Part shown: positions 1 through 12,245 of the stretch, one piece after another
Numbering within the stretch: the first letter of the stretch is position 1
How the letters are laid out: every line of letters starts with the position of its first letter
The notes under the pieces: model-generated
Told to the model about the DNA's origin: nothing
The model's database searches: none
Seen by the model: the letters and a program-made list of their open reading frames with translations, nothing else
Assembly (NCBI RefSeq): GCF_000372725.1
Contig: NW_005201791.1
Location: forward strand, 117,788-181,787
DNA: 64,000 bases
Direction of reading: 5' to 3'
DNA from: Emiliania huxleyi CCMP1516
Lineage: Eukaryota
Translations under genes and position numbers: made by a program

Positions 1-1193
1 AGCTTTCGAGAGCAAGCCAGGCGCCCCGCAGAAGCGGATTGCGTGCTGGCCCCGTCACTCGGAACACCGGCTACACGGGTGCGTGAGTGCCGCCTCTGTG
101 CGCCCACGTGGTACTTCCGCAGCCTTGCCAGGTGAGAGGCAAGGGGGTACAAGAAGTGGGCGGGGGGCGGGGGGGTCGAAGGCGATCTACGAGGCGATGG
201 GAGGGAGGAGGAGCAGGGCGAGAAGAGAGGAGGAGGGAGGAGGGAGGAGGGAGGAGGGAGGAGGGAGGAGGGAGGAGGGAGGAGGGAGGAGGGAGGAGGG
301 AGGAGGGAGGAGGGAGGAGGGAGGAGGGAGGAGGGAGGAGGGAGGAGTTCGGCTGGTGCGCGGTGTCAGAGCCGCCGGCCGCAGTGCGCAGCGCACCGCG
401 TCCGCGAAGTGTCTCGAAAGTGTCTAGGAAGTGTCCAGGAAGTGGCGCACCGCATCAGCGAAGTCGGCGTTCTCAGAGAGGAAGCCATACCCGGGGTGGA
501 TCGCCTGGGCGGGGCGGCGGGGCGGCGGGGGGCGGCAGTGGTGACAGCGTGGCGGCGGCGGCGGTGACGGCGGCGGCGGTGGAGTGTGTGGCGGTGGCGG
601 AAGGGCTGCTTGTTCGAGGCCTCGGGAGGCGACGGGGGCGGGGCAGGGCAGTACGCGGGCGGGGAAAGGGCGGTGCGGCGGGGCAGGGTTGGCAGGCAGT
701 CGAGAGGGGAATGGTGGCCGCTGCGGTGTCGGGAGGCAAGGGCAAGGGCAGGGCGCTGCGACAGCCTCGAGAAATGGATGGCGCCTTGTTTGTCGGCAGA
801 TGTGGCGCGGGCGACGACCGGCCACGCCCGTGGGCGAGCCGGCCGCCGCGCCGCGTCGCTCATCGTGCTACGCGGTTCTAGGTCGTGGCATCATCGGCTG
901 CGCGGCGGATCTGCTCTGGGCGGAGCAAGGGCGGCGGCGCGCGGGCCGGCGGGACGCGGCGGCACCTCGGCGCCCGAGTCGGCGGCGACCTGAAGCACGC
1001 GCTCGCCGCGCAGGTACGAGTCGGACGACGCCGCACTGCCGATGCAGTACGCCGCGTCCGCCATCCGCACGTGCATGGCTCGCGCATCCGCCTCTGAGTA
1101 GACGGCCACAGTCTCGACGCCGAGCCGCCTGGCGGTCTGGATGACGCGGCAGGCGATCTCACCGCGGTTGGCCACGAGAATGCGGCGAAACAT
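1..1193 (-). CDS. Biotin carboxylase subunit (methylcrotonoyl-/propionyl-CoA carboxylase alpha-like), 5' exons only; 3' part not resolved
   Basis: Exon 1193-966 reads [36 protein letters not shown]...SYL. Exon 504-451 reads [18 protein letters not shown]. Both are canonical biotin carboxylase N-terminal motifs, with GT/AG boundaries. Confidence 0.88.
228..346. repeat. Purine-rich 7-mer tandem repeat (GGAGGAG/GGGAGGA)n
   Basis: Directly visible. Confidence 0.9.
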
Positions 1194-2389
1194 GGACTAG
1201 CAAATAAGGCAGCGGGCGCGGTTCTCGGAGAGCGGCGGAGCGGAACGTGACTGCGCGGCAAGGCCGGCGCAAGATTTCTTTTGAGAGAGAGTTCTTTTTT
1301 GTTGAATTCTTTTGAGAGCGCCTTCGTTGTTAATAGTAAAAACCCGAGGGTTTGCGAGCGAGCGGTCCTTCGTTCCAGTCGCACACACGCACACGCCACG
1401 CCGCACCGCGCGCCCGCCCACTGCCCCGCCCAGGCGGGAAAGAGATGAGGAGATGGGACAGCGAAGGAGGAGCCACGAACACGATACACGAACACGTATG
1501 AAGAGATGGGTGGGACAGCAAAGGAGGAGCACAAACACGTATGGGAGGGTTCAGTTGTGCGCCACGCTGCCCGGCGTCTCTCACTTTCCTAGGGGGTAGA
1601 CAGCGCCGCAAAATCCACCACTGTGGGATTCGAGAGTTTGTTTTGGGATTTCGCGCAATCGCTTGACTCTGAAAAGCTCGCCTATCCCTGCGGTGAGCGC
1701 TGTGGTCGCCGCAGACTGGCTCCGACTTGATGGGCGCATGGAGACGTGATGCCTCCATGCGCCCGTCGAGTCAAAATCGACATGCGAGGCGATCTTTGGC
1801 CCGCCAGAGGGATAGGCGGCGTTTTGGGCGACAACAGCGCTGCGACCGCGAAGTGGCGGTGGACATGCTCCCATGTTGCCGACGCGGCGCCGGAGTGGCC
1901 GGCGCTGCTCGCCGCGACCACGACGGCTACTCCGATGCTCCGGGCCGACCCGTCCCACCCGACGGTGGCACTCTTCCACGTCTCGCTCACGCTGGGAAAA
2001 ATTCTGAAACGGCGTGCAGCAGAGTCACCGACGAGTCGGTCCGCGTGCCTCCTCGTGTCCCGTACCGTTCTCGCACATCCATAAACTCACTTTGGCCCCA
2101 CTGAAGCAAGCCCTCAATCCTGAATCCTCAGATTTTAGATTAGGACGCTGTCCACCCCCTAACTTTCCGGGACAGCCCCGCCCTTTCGAGGCAGGAAAGT
2201 GACGGCTACCCCGTACGCCCTGTTTGCTTCTACCCCGACGCCGACCGCCCATCCCCCCCTCTTCGTTCCCCCCTCGAATTCTCCGGACCCCGACAGGCCG
2301 CCCGACGTTGGGCCTCTGCCCCGCACGCCCCCGCCCCTTCTGCCCCTCGCTCACACCCCGGCCCGACACGCACATACAAGACAAACCCG

Positions 2390-3204
2390 GCGTGCGAGGC
2401 TGTGGCCGCTTCCAGCCGACACTGCGACGACACGCTGGCCAGCGAAGGCCTCGATCTTCTTTGGCAGCAGCTGGTTGAAATTGTGGCCGTGGCCCAACCG
2501 GCCACCGGCTCCATCGCCCCAGCTCCAGACGGCTCCGTCGGCGGTGATTGCCATGCTGTGCGCATCTCCAGCCGCCGCGGTGATAACGCGCTGGCCAGCA
2601 AAGGCCTCGATCTTCTTCGGTAGCACCTGGTGTTGCTGGTCGCCGTGGCCCAAGCCTCGACTACCCCAGTTCCAGACAGCTCCGTCAGCGGTGAGGGCGA
2701 GGGTCTGGCAGTCTCCCACCGTCACGCTCACAGCGCGCTCGCCGCCCAGCGTCGACGCAAGGCGCGTCGGCGTGTTGAGCCGCGTCACGCCCTCGCCGTG
2801 GCCAAGGAGGCCTGGGATGTGCTCCGCACAGCCGCACGACGAGAGCCGCCCCTCGACGTCGATGAAAACGCTGTGTAATGTGCCTGCCGCAGCCCTCGCC
2901 GGCGGGTTGGACTCGCACAGCAGCGCAGCGAGACACAGCCAACGCACGGCACAGCTCTCCCACTCTGGCAGCGCCGGCAGCTCGAAGCCGCGCTCTTGCG
3001 CCCACAAGCGAATGGCCTCCACCGCAAGCGAGCCGTGAAAGAGCAGCGAGACGGCCGCGACGCGAGCGATGTCGGCGGGGCTCTCGCAGCGAGAGAAGGC
3101 GCGCACGAGGAGCTCCGTGGGGAGGTCGAGGAGGCGGGCGGGCGGCGGCGTGTCTGGCGAGGGAGCGGCGGTGGAGACGGGTGCGAGGCGGCGCGGGCAG
3201 ACAT
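2390..3204 (-). CDS. F-box plus RCC1-repeat protein; start and end uncertain, possibly truncated
   Basis: ORF 2351-3286 has an F-box (RLLDLPTELLVRAFSRC...IARVAAVS) followed by RCC1 repeats (AAAGTLHSVFID; AAAGDAHSMAITADGAVWSWGDGAGGRLGHG; VSAGSGHSLA). The nearest ATG (3204) is in another frame. Confidence 0.8.
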
Positions 3205-3308
3205 GGAGAAGAATTCTTAAGATACAAGCCTCTCTCACAGCACACTGGCACGACAAGGGCGCAGACTGGCGCGGACTGGCACACACACAGGCTCACCACC
3301 GGAGCCGC

Positions 3309-3840
3309 CTAAGCGACTCCGTTAAGAACGGCAATGCACTCCGCACCATGCACAATGCCGCTCTCCCCGCACGCTAGCTCGTTCACCGTCTGCCACGCCA
3401 CGGCGGTGTGGAGGACGACAGACAAGCGCTGCATCTGCAGCCCGTGCCAGTTCTTGGTGGTCCATGTGACCTCGTCCAGGTGCTGAGCGTGCGAAAGTTT
3501 ATTGCTCAGCTGGTTCGCCGCCTCCCTCAGGGTGCTGCGAACCTCCTTTCCAAAGCCTCCGAAAGCCTCAAAATCAAACAAACGTAGATCGCAATCCTGC
3601 TGCCGCGCAAAGGGGTAATCGCCAGGCTGCTCCGTGAGCTTTCTCTTGGGGGCATCCTCCTCCTCCCCCTCCTCCCCCTCCTCCTCGGCCTCCTCCTCCT
3701 CCCCCGCCACCGCCGCTGCCGTCGCTTCCGACGGAGACCACTTGCCGCGCCCTTTGACCAACTTGAGCAGCCCGGTCTCCGTGTTGCCAAAGCGCACGTA
3801 GGCCCCCTTCCAGCCGAGCTCTCCGTCGCCGGCCGTGTCC
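3309..3840 (-). mobile_element. Probable C-terminal restriction-like endonuclease remnant of a CRE/R2-type non-LTR retrotransposon
   Basis: GDY...LFDFEAFGGFGKEVRSTL...QRLSVVLHTAVA resembles the E-x-x-G-G...Q-R-L-S-V tail of REL-type retroelements. No RT domain is visible. Confidence 0.45.
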
Positions 3841-3869
3841 TTGCCCGTGCTCGCAAGCGAGCTCGTGAG

Positions 3870-4743
3870 CTTAGCGACGTAGAAGAGGACGTGCCCGTGG
3901 CAAAGTCGGCGCTTCGAGGGGTCCGAGCAAGAGGAGCAACAGCAGGCGAGAAAGAAACCCGCGAGCTCCCGCCGGACGCGCTCGACAAAAGCAGGGCTGG
4001 CCCGAAGGCGCGCAGCAAACTCGCGGACGCACTCCCTGCGCCCAAACGAGTCGCGGGGATCGCGGAGGGGGAAAGGGTTGCCCCAGGGAGACGAAGCGCA
4101 CTGCGCGCCCAGGTCAAACGAGTCGCGGGTGGACACAGCCCTGGCAGCCGCCGCATCGCATGACGCTCCGCCACTCGCCGCCGCCTCGCGGCCCCGCCCG
4201 CCGCAGCTCGCTCTGGTTCCCCACCCGCCGAAGGGCCTCCCGGAGGACAACCACGTCGGCGTCGTCCAGACTGACGCCAAGCACGTCGCAGAGCTCCTCC
4301 TCGAGAGTGAGAAGGGGCTGGCGAGGAAGCGGGTGGCCAGCGCGGCGGCAGACGTCGCCTCGCAGCAGGTCGCCTGGCAGCTGCTCGCCTGGCAGCTGCT
4401 CGCCTCGCAGCTGCTCGCCTCGCAGCTGCTCGCCTCGCAGCTGCTCGCCTCGCAGCTGCTCGCCTCGCAGCTGCTCGCCTCGCGGCGCGCCCGGCGGTCG
4501 AGCTGAAGCAGCAGCGCCAGGCGGGGCCTCCAGGTGCTCGCCGCCCCATCGCGGCGGCCGGCCGGCCGAGCTCTGCTGAAACGTGCCCGGGATGCCTTTT
4601 GCATCCAGGCGTCGTTCTGCGGAGCGCGGCACACCGGCCGGTGGCGCGCATGCCGAGCCAGAGTCCTCGCGACCGGTGCCAGCGGCAGCGGTCGCGCGCG
4701 GCTGGTAGCCGCGTAGGAGCCCTGGGTCGGCCACCGTGGCCAC
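3870..4743 (-). CDS. DUF4326-domain protein; frame change between the N-terminal ORF (4743-4114) and the domain
   Basis: SSPWGNPF...RRELAGFFLACCC...CHGHVL (3877-4094) matches the DUF4326 pattern (WGNPF...L.G..L.C.C....CH..VL). Confidence 0.7.
4362..4482. repeat. 15-bp tandem repeat CAGCTGCTCGCCTCG, about 8 copies
   Basis: Directly visible; translates as GEQLR or EASSC repeats. Confidence 0.9.
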
Positions 4744-5503
4744 TGCTCAAGGCAGCGGCCACCATGGCAGCGCGCTACGGCGTCTGAAAGAAGAATTCTA
4801 TTACAGAAAAAGAATTCAACAAACGGAACTCTCTCGCAGAGCACACAGGTTCGACACAGGTACCAAAAGAGGCACAGCCTGCGACGGACCTTTAGAAGGC
4901 GCCGTCGTCCTCATGGAGGTGGGCACGATCGGGGGGACAGTCGAATCCGCGAGCACCGTAGTGCTCGCCGAAAAGACCATCCCCATCATCCCAACCCCCC
5001 CGGCGACCCCCTCGCCGCTTGCCCCGCCAGCGGGCACTGCGCGACCCACCCCCGCGCCCTCGACCGCGCCCCCCGCCAGGAGCATATCGCATCAGAAAAA
5101 GAAAAAACCGGGTGTGTTCGATTTTATTAAATGCGCAACACGAAATCCGAACTGCGCTTTGTGACACCTTTGGCCAGCTGGTTTTGATCGCTGGCTCAAG
5201 TCGCATAGGTCAGGTCCGCCGCGACGCGTCAGCTGTCTGTACACAGTACAGTCTACAAACGCCAGCACCCCCCACAGGCAGAGAGCGCTCCTCGCACCTC
5301 GGGGGGGGGGGGGGGGGGGCACTCGCTGGAGAGGTAATGCGGCTTTTCAGAGTCAAGTGATTGCGCGAAATCCCAGACTGGTGGATTTTGGGGCGCTGTC
5401 TACCCCCTAACATCGAACATGGATACACAGAGAGTGGGAAGTTGCCCCGCGCGCGCCATATGCACCATGCATCCCTTTCGCCCCACAAGTAACCGTGGTG
5501 TGC

Positions 5504-5605
5504 TCAACCGAACGGCCAGCCGCCGCCGCCCGAGGCCTCCTCCTTGGCCCTCTTCGCGTCCTCCTCGTCGTGGTCCTAAGGCAAGGTAGGGCAGGGTGAC
5601 CTTCT

Positions 5606-5688
<83 letters not shown>

Positions 5689-5860
5689 CGCACACACGCA
5701 CACACGCCCCCCCTCCCCCCCTCCCCCCCCACACACACTCCCCCCCCACATGAGGTGGTGGGGCGAGGGCCAGGCGACCGTCGCGACTCCACGTACAAAA
5801 GACAGGCGGCCCGCGGCAATAAAGTTGCAAGGCCGGCGCGCTGCGTGCGTGCGTGCGTGC

Positions 5861-5918
<58 letters not shown>

Positions 5919-5936
5919 GCGTGCGTGCGTGCGTGC

Positions 5937-5977
<41 letters not shown>

Positions 5978-7736
5978 ATGTGCGCGCGCGCGTGTGTTCC
6001 TCGTCAATGATGACCGCCATCGCAAGGATTGCCGCCGCGTCCACACCCGCCGCCACATCGACCACGTACGTGTCCAGATCCGACACGAGCTGCGAGGGCC
6101 AGGGCGAGCGAGGGTGGCGGCGCGGCTTTCTCTTCCTGGCCAGGGCGAGCGAGGGTGGCGGCGCGGCGCCGCTCGCGCTTTCTCTTCCTAAAATTATGTT
6201 CCTCCGCGGCGGAGTGAGCGAGGTGTGTGTGCGCGCGTGATGAGAGATTTGATCGAGAGAGGCGGGACAGGGCTGTGTGTCGGGGCGAGCGAGGGTGGCG
6301 GCGCGCGAGGCTCGGGGTGATCGAGGGCCATACGCAGGTGAGATTTCCCGAGATTCCCCGAGGGCCGTTGCGAGCCGTGCTCTGCGGGGCGCGGGAGAGA
6401 GAGGGAGAGGGAGGGGGAGGGGGAGAGGGAGGGGGAGGGAGAGGGAGAGGGAGAGGGAGAGGGAGAGGGAGAGGGAGAGGGAGAGGGAGAGGGAGAGGGA
6501 GGGGGAGGGGGGGCGGGGGGGAGAGCGCGCGTGCAGGGTCTGCAAGTGCCTCCGGCCCTCTCTGGAATCTCGGAGAATCTCGGGGAATCTCAGATCTGCG
6601 TGCCTCTGGCGCCCGCCGCACCCTCGCGATCGTGTCTCCCCAGCCGGCCTTGAAGGTGTAGGTGCGGTCGAGGAAGGAGCCTGCGTGTGTACCATACCTC
6701 CAGAGTATCGAATCCAGTGTGGGCTCAGCCCGGTGGGTGGTGCGGTAGCAAAGGTGGGAGAGCTGACCAAAGCACGTGCTGAATACACCAACATCGGAGC
6801 GGGCGTACGGTCCTTGCAGTGTGTGGTGAGAGCACCGGGTGAATACGAGGGACACAGCACCAAATGCGGTGAGTGCGTTGAAGCACGGGTCCTCTCGAGC
6901 GCTTTGGGAGACAAGAAGAACACAGGCTACTCCGCTGCTAGGGGAAGGCGCCCTCGGCTTCAAAGTCGGCAAACGGGTTCGCGTCGCCCTCGTAGTAAAA
7001 CTGCGGGCGAGGGTGAGGGCGAGGGGTTGGTGGACGGGGTCGCGTCGCCCTCGTAGTAAAACTGCGGGCGAGGGTGAGGGTGAGGGGTTGGTGGACGGGT
7101 TCGCGTCGCCCTCTCGTAGTAAAACGGCGCGCCCGCGCGCCCGACGGCACCAGGTACGAGGGCAACTCGGGGCGTCAGACGCTGGCTCGGGGCGAAGCCC
7201 GCCGGGCGATCACTTGTACTTTGGCGTACTCTCGGGTACTCTCGGGTACTCTCGGGTGATCCGACCTTGTACTTTGGCGTCATCGACATCCACTCGCGCT
7301 CGACCTTTGCGACGCACTCGCCGCCGTCGGCCGAGTAGATGTCGTAGCACGTCGACGCGGCGATGGCGCGCCGCTCGACGCTGCAGAACTTGGCGCCGCT
7401 CGACGCCTCCTTGAAGGCGAGCTTGTCAAGGACCCAACCGCCGAGATTGATGTTGCCTCCGTCGATGGTGATGACCTCCTGCCCGGAGAGGTCGCGGACG
7501 CGAAAGTCTTCGCCCGAGAAGGAGAACATCTTCTCTTGCAGCTGGTAGCTTGCTGGCTGCTTCTTGACCAGCGATGGCAAAAGCGGCCTTTCGTACGGCT
7601 TCTGCTCTTTGAGCGCGTCGCCCATGATGTCGCCAAAGAGGTTGGCGGAAATCGGGCCGCTGCGCGCAAGCGGCGACGGCGGCAACCTCATCGGAGAAGA
7701 GGCCGCGGAGAGAAGGACGCGCTCGAGCAGCCTCAT
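5504..7736 (-). CDS. LURP-one-related (tubby C-terminal-like/scramblase-like) protein, multi-exon
   Basis: Exons read [19 protein letters not shown]...[76 protein letters not shown]; then [11 protein letters not shown]...WPFG-stop. Confidence 0.85.
5608..5975. repeat. Intronic (CA)n and (GT)n microsatellites in opposite orientation
   Basis: Directly visible. Confidence 0.9.
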
Positions 7737-8964
7737 GAAATGCCTGCGACCAGAAGAGCTTAAAAGAATTTTGCGTGATTCTCGCGCTAAAGTGGGCACA
7801 GGACTGGCGCGCACTGGCACTAACACAGGTACACCAAAAGAAGAATCTTATACAATCTCACAGCACACTGGCACGACAAGGGCGCGGACTGGCGAGAGAA
7901 AAAGAAATAAAAAGTGATGCTCGGAAACCTGGGGTTGGAAGGGGGTAGATCAAGGGGGCACAGGCAGTTGCACCGACCCTCTCACGTCTGTGGCAGCCCA
8001 GCTGTCTGAGTGTCTTGTGAGTTTGTGTGTCGGTGCGTCGCTCGCGCGTGTCGTCCTCTTCTGTCCCGCGTCCACCCAGTTACCGCGTTGGTGGAAGAGT
8101 GCATCTGTTCTTTTGCTCCCCGTAGTGCATCTGTTCTTTTGCTCCCAAATTGTACCCGTCGGTGGAAGAGGGTTTTTGCCTTGCGGCCAAAGCAAATTCT
8201 TTTTTCTGATTTCGTCGGACGCGACACCCTCCTCAAAGCTCGCCAAGTGTGACTGGGCCTCCCCCCCAGAGCGGAGATGGATTTCGATCTGTACGCCCTC
8301 GCTGGAGTCAAGAAGGTGGATCTGCTCGAGGACGAGAAGAAGTCGCCCCGGAGTAGCGAGACTAGCGAGTGCTCTGGCCGAGTGGTCGTGGAGCTTGTGC
8401 CGGGATCAAACAACACGGTAAGAGTCGAGCTCAAGAGCCAGCCGGCGGCGTCCGCCTGAGCATGCTTCACAATCGTGCATGTTGCCCCCCCCCGCTGTCA
8501 AATACGTCGCGCTCCGCTACACAGGAGTGCCGGGGTGCGAGTTCAACGTTAGAGGAGTCAGGGCATGTGGAATCATCGTTTGGCTGAGGTTGACGCATGT
8601 GGAAGACCGTACTTGCCGTCTTGGAGTCGGGGCTCGGTCTCCTCGAGTCTGCTAGGACGGCGCTGCGCCAGGGCGCGAAGGAAGAGAGATACGTGTGTTT
8701 CATCATTTTCACAACGCACGGAAAAATATACAGAGATATGCACGCGCGCCACTCGCACTCCGTACTCACCCTTCGGTCGGATGCCCCGCGTCCCCCGCCG
8801 GTGTTGAGCAGGGTGAGAGAGAACCCGGCGGAGAGGCAGCGAGACGCGGAGTCCGGAGTAGACGCGGCGTCGCGGGGGGAGAGTGTGCCGAGAGAAGGCC
8901 CCTGAGTGGCTGAGAGAAATGCGCTATATGCAGCGAGCTCGCCCCACCAATGCAAAGCGCTCCG

Positions 8965-10662
8965 CTACGCGCCGTGCGGCGCGCAGAGCAGGCCAAACGC
9001 CCACGAGGTGTGCGCGCTGCCCGCCGAGCGAGCGACGAGCAGCGCGAGCGCCAGCAGCAGGATGACGCCGAGTGCAAAGACGAGCAGCGACGGGTGGCGC
9101 AGCCGCCGCACGAGGACGTACGAAGCGCGCCGGCCCAAGTATGCGGAGGCGAAGCCGAGGCAGAGGGCCCAAGCGGCGTAGCCGGGCTGAGGCGCGAGCA
9201 CCCCTTGGAGGAGGTAGTGCACGAGGTCGGAGGAGGAGGTGAAGAGGATCATGAAGGCGGACGTGCTGCTGGCGACCTGCGGCAGCATGCCGAGCGCCAG
9301 TAGCAGCGGCGCCATCAGCTCCCCTCCGCCCAACCCGATGAGGCCCGCGACCATCCCCACCAGCAGTGCGAGACCCGCCGCACAGACCGCCGCCGCGCCG
9401 CCCCACTCCAGGTCACCCTCCAGTCGAGGCTGAGCGCCGCGAGAACGCGCCGCGAGCCGCGCGCCGCCGGCCGTGGCGGCGGCGACGGCGGCGAGCAGAC
9501 CCAGCTTCCAGCCGAGGTAGGGTGCGGAGCACCGGTCGGTGGCGCCGCTGAGCTGCACGCCGAGATCGTCCAGCAGGAAGAGCGCCCAAAAGGCCGAGAG
9601 CAGGGCAACTCTGGAGCAAATCGGCGAATGCTGGCCCAGCGCCGCCGCGGCCGCATGGCCTCCGCCCTCGCCGCATCCGCGCTCGCCGCCGCCCTCGCCG
9701 CCGCCCTCGCCGCCGCCCTCGCCGCCGCCCTCGCCCCCGCCCTCGCCGCCGGCGCCAGAATCGTCGCGGCTCGGCAGTCGCGGTCTCGACGGCGGCGCGG
9801 CCGGCAGCAGCAGCGAGCGCCGCGCGTCCGCAGAGCCTTCGTCGCTGCAGCTCCGCCGGCCGCGCTGCTGCTGAACCGCGGCCGAATCGTCGCGCACCGC
9901 GCCCTCCACCGACGGCGCGGACGGCGCCGCCGACGCACGAGCGCCTGTCGGCGCCCGCTGCTGCTGCTGCTTGCCCGCGCGCTCTCGAGCAAAGTCTCGC
10001 GCCGCGTGCGCCCAAGTTTTTGCTGCGGCGAGGGCGAGCACCACGCACGAGAGGAGCACGAGCAGCGGCGCCGGGAGGACGGGCGAGAGGACAACCCCCA
10101 ACGCGTTCCCGCCGAGCATCATCGGCAGCAGCAGCAGCGGCGCGTCGAAGTCGACCACCGGCCGGCTCGGGTCGGCTGGGTGGCGGCGCGGAAGGTTGAC
10201 GATGTTCTGTGCGACGGCGTTGCCGAAGACCATGACGTGCGAGATAGGCACCGCTTCCTCGATCAGGAAGCCCATCACGATCAGCAGCAGCGGCACGTTG
10301 AGCCCGCCGCCGCCGATGCCAGACGCGCCGGCGAGTGTTCCCGCCGCAAAGAGCACCGCGCTGCCGTACCCGTCGATAGGACCGAGCGGGAGCAGCGACT
10401 TGTGCAGGCAGACGTGGCAGTCCGCAGGGTCTGCGCTCGGTGCGGCGCACGAGATGTTGCCTCCGGACGTGAGCAGCGGGTCGAGGGCGCACGTGCGGCC
10501 GGCGCTGCACCGTGGCTGCGAGGCGTTGCAGAGCAGGCTGAGCAGCGCGTCCGTGTCGCGCGGCGGGTCGACGATCGAGTGGAGAGGCAGCGAGAAGGAG
10601 CGGGGCCTTTGCAAGGGCACGAGCACGAGCGACGAAGCGGCGGCGAGCATGTGCATGTACAT
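8965..10662 (-). CDS. Sulfite exporter TauE/SafE (TSUP) family membrane protein
   Basis: 565-aa ORF with a signal peptide, GASGIGGGGLNVPLL, RHP...RPVVDFD, a second repeat AGLIGLGGGELMAPLLL...PQVASSTSAFMILFTSS, and many TM helices. Confidence 0.92.
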   Translation of the reverse strand: MYMHMLAAASSLVLVPLQRPRSFSLPLHSIVDPPRDTDALLSLLCNASQPRCSAGRTCALDPLLTSGGNISCAAPSADPADCHVCLHKSLLPLGPIDGYGSAVLFAAGTLAGASGIGGGGLNVPLLLIVMGFLIEEAVPISHVMVFGNAVAQNIVNLPRRHPADPSRPVVDFDAPLLLLPMMLGGNALGVVLSPVLPAPLLVLLSCVVLALAAAKTWAHAARDFARERAGKQQQQRAPTGARASAAPSAPSVEGAVRDDSAAVQQQRGRRSCSDEGSADARRSLLLPAAPPSRPRLPSRDDSGAGGEGGGEGGGEGGGEGGGEGGGERGCGEGGGHAAAAALGQHSPICSRVALLSAFWALFLLDDLGVQLSGATDRCSAPYLGWKLGLLAAVAAATAGGARLAARSRGAQPRLEGDLEWGGAAAVCAAGLALLVGMVAGLIGLGGGELMAPLLLALGMLPQVASSTSAFMILFTSSSDLVHYLLQGVLAPQPGYAAWALCLGFASAYLGRRASYVLVRRLRHPSLLVFALGVILLLALALLVARSAGSAHTSWAFGLLCAPHGA

Positions 10663-11997
10663 GGCGCAGAGCGGCAGCGCTGAGCCCGCCCCGCGAACAC
10701 GGTCCTCGACTTGGGGAAGCGCCCCCCCCGGCGGGTGGGTTGGGGGGCTCGACGCGGGGAAGTGCGGGTAATAAGAGGCCTCCCCGTACAGCGTACTTAC
10801 TTACTTACTTGTTTGTTGTTTGGTTGGTTGCCGAGACTTCTTTCTTCTCTCTTGGTTGGGAGTTGAAGGCCCTGCACCACTGCCTGCTGCGAAGCGAAGC
10901 GGGCCCGTTGCCCGAGCCAAATGGAGGACACCGCCGACACCGCTCTGATCTAGATATGCTCGACTCCCACGCCCGCCGTAGTGGGGTAGTGCCCGCGGAT
11001 GTGTCATATTCGGCTCCGGCGTACCGCGTACCCCCCGCCCCCCACCATGGATCGGAGATCGCTCCTCCGACGGACTGGCTGGGCGAGCTGCCGCTGGACC
11101 TGTCAGAGCTTGATCTCCGATCTCAGCGGCGTCGAGTCGTCTCCGGCGGCGACAATTTTGTACCTCCCCAGGACGCGCAGAGGCAGCTGCGACCCCGCCG
11201 AGTGGACGGTTGCGCACCGCGCTTAGGGTACCCCTAGGCTTAAAAGGGTGGGCCCTGGGGCGCCTGCGGCTTAAACGGCTTAAAACCTGCCATGGCAGGT
11301 TTTAAGAGCTGCTGGGCCGCCGATTCCTTAAACGGTCTTAAACGCTTAAACGGTGCGGGAGAGCTCCCGAGAACTGTCGATGGTCCGGGAGGCTCCCCGG
11401 TAGACGCCGGAGGCCGGGAAGCTGGCTACAGTCAGCTGGCACGCGTCCCCTATGCGAGTATGGCTCCCGCCAGTGCACCAGACTTACAAAAATAAAATAT
11501 TCTTACCTTCAAGCCCCCCTCCGAGACTAGGGACAGAACCACACCAGTATAGACCAGAGGGATTGCGCCTCGCCCCCACTTGCCCTGACTGCACAGGATA
11601 GCGTGCCCCGAAGACGGCGACACATAGCGGGGGACACTGCGCAAGGAGGGGGTGCGAAGCCAAGGTTGGGGTTCTGGGTGGTGGGACCAATGAGGGGGGG
11701 AGGGCGGGGTCCTGTGGGGGTGAAATGTTGCGCGGCGAATTCGAGCCTACCCCCTCGCCGCGCCGATCCTCACGCGGAGGGTAAAACCCTGTGGGACAAA
11801 ACCCCTCCGCGGTCGGCTGTCTTCAGAGTGGACCCCCCCCTCCCCAGCCTCCCCTGTTCGTTTTTCGCACCCCCCCCCCCGCTCCCCATCGGTGACTCGC
11901 GAAGGACACGGACACTCGGGGTGGGGGGGGAGGGGTCCCCCAGAGAGGGGGCTTTGGGGCCGCTTGTTGAGTCAATCTCCCCCCCAGAGGGGCCTCG

Positions 11998-12245
11998 TTG
12001 GGTCGATCTCTGGTCGATCTCGTGTCGATCTCGGGTCGATCTCGGGTCAATCTCGGGTCGATCTCGGGTCCATCTCGGTTCAATTCCGGGTCAATCTCGG
12101 GTCGATCTCGGGTCACGTCGTGCGGCGTAATGAGGCGAGATGAGGCGAGATGAGGCGAGATGAGGCGAGATGAGGCGAGATGAGGCGAGATGAGGCGAGG
12201 CGAGGCGAGATTAGACGAGATGGGGCGAGATTAGGCGAGATGGAG
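11998..12245. repeat. Tandem 11-mer (GGTCGATCTCG) followed by tandem 10-mer (TGAGGCGAGA)
   Basis: Directly visible. Confidence 0.85.

Noticed and set aside
5400..6923. 507-aa ORF with SLSL/HTHT/CVCV runs
   Set aside because: Read-through of intronic microsatellites; only short parts are LOR exons.
8277..8459. 60-aa ORF MDFDLYALAG...
   Set aside because: Plausible composition but no recognisable motif or other support.
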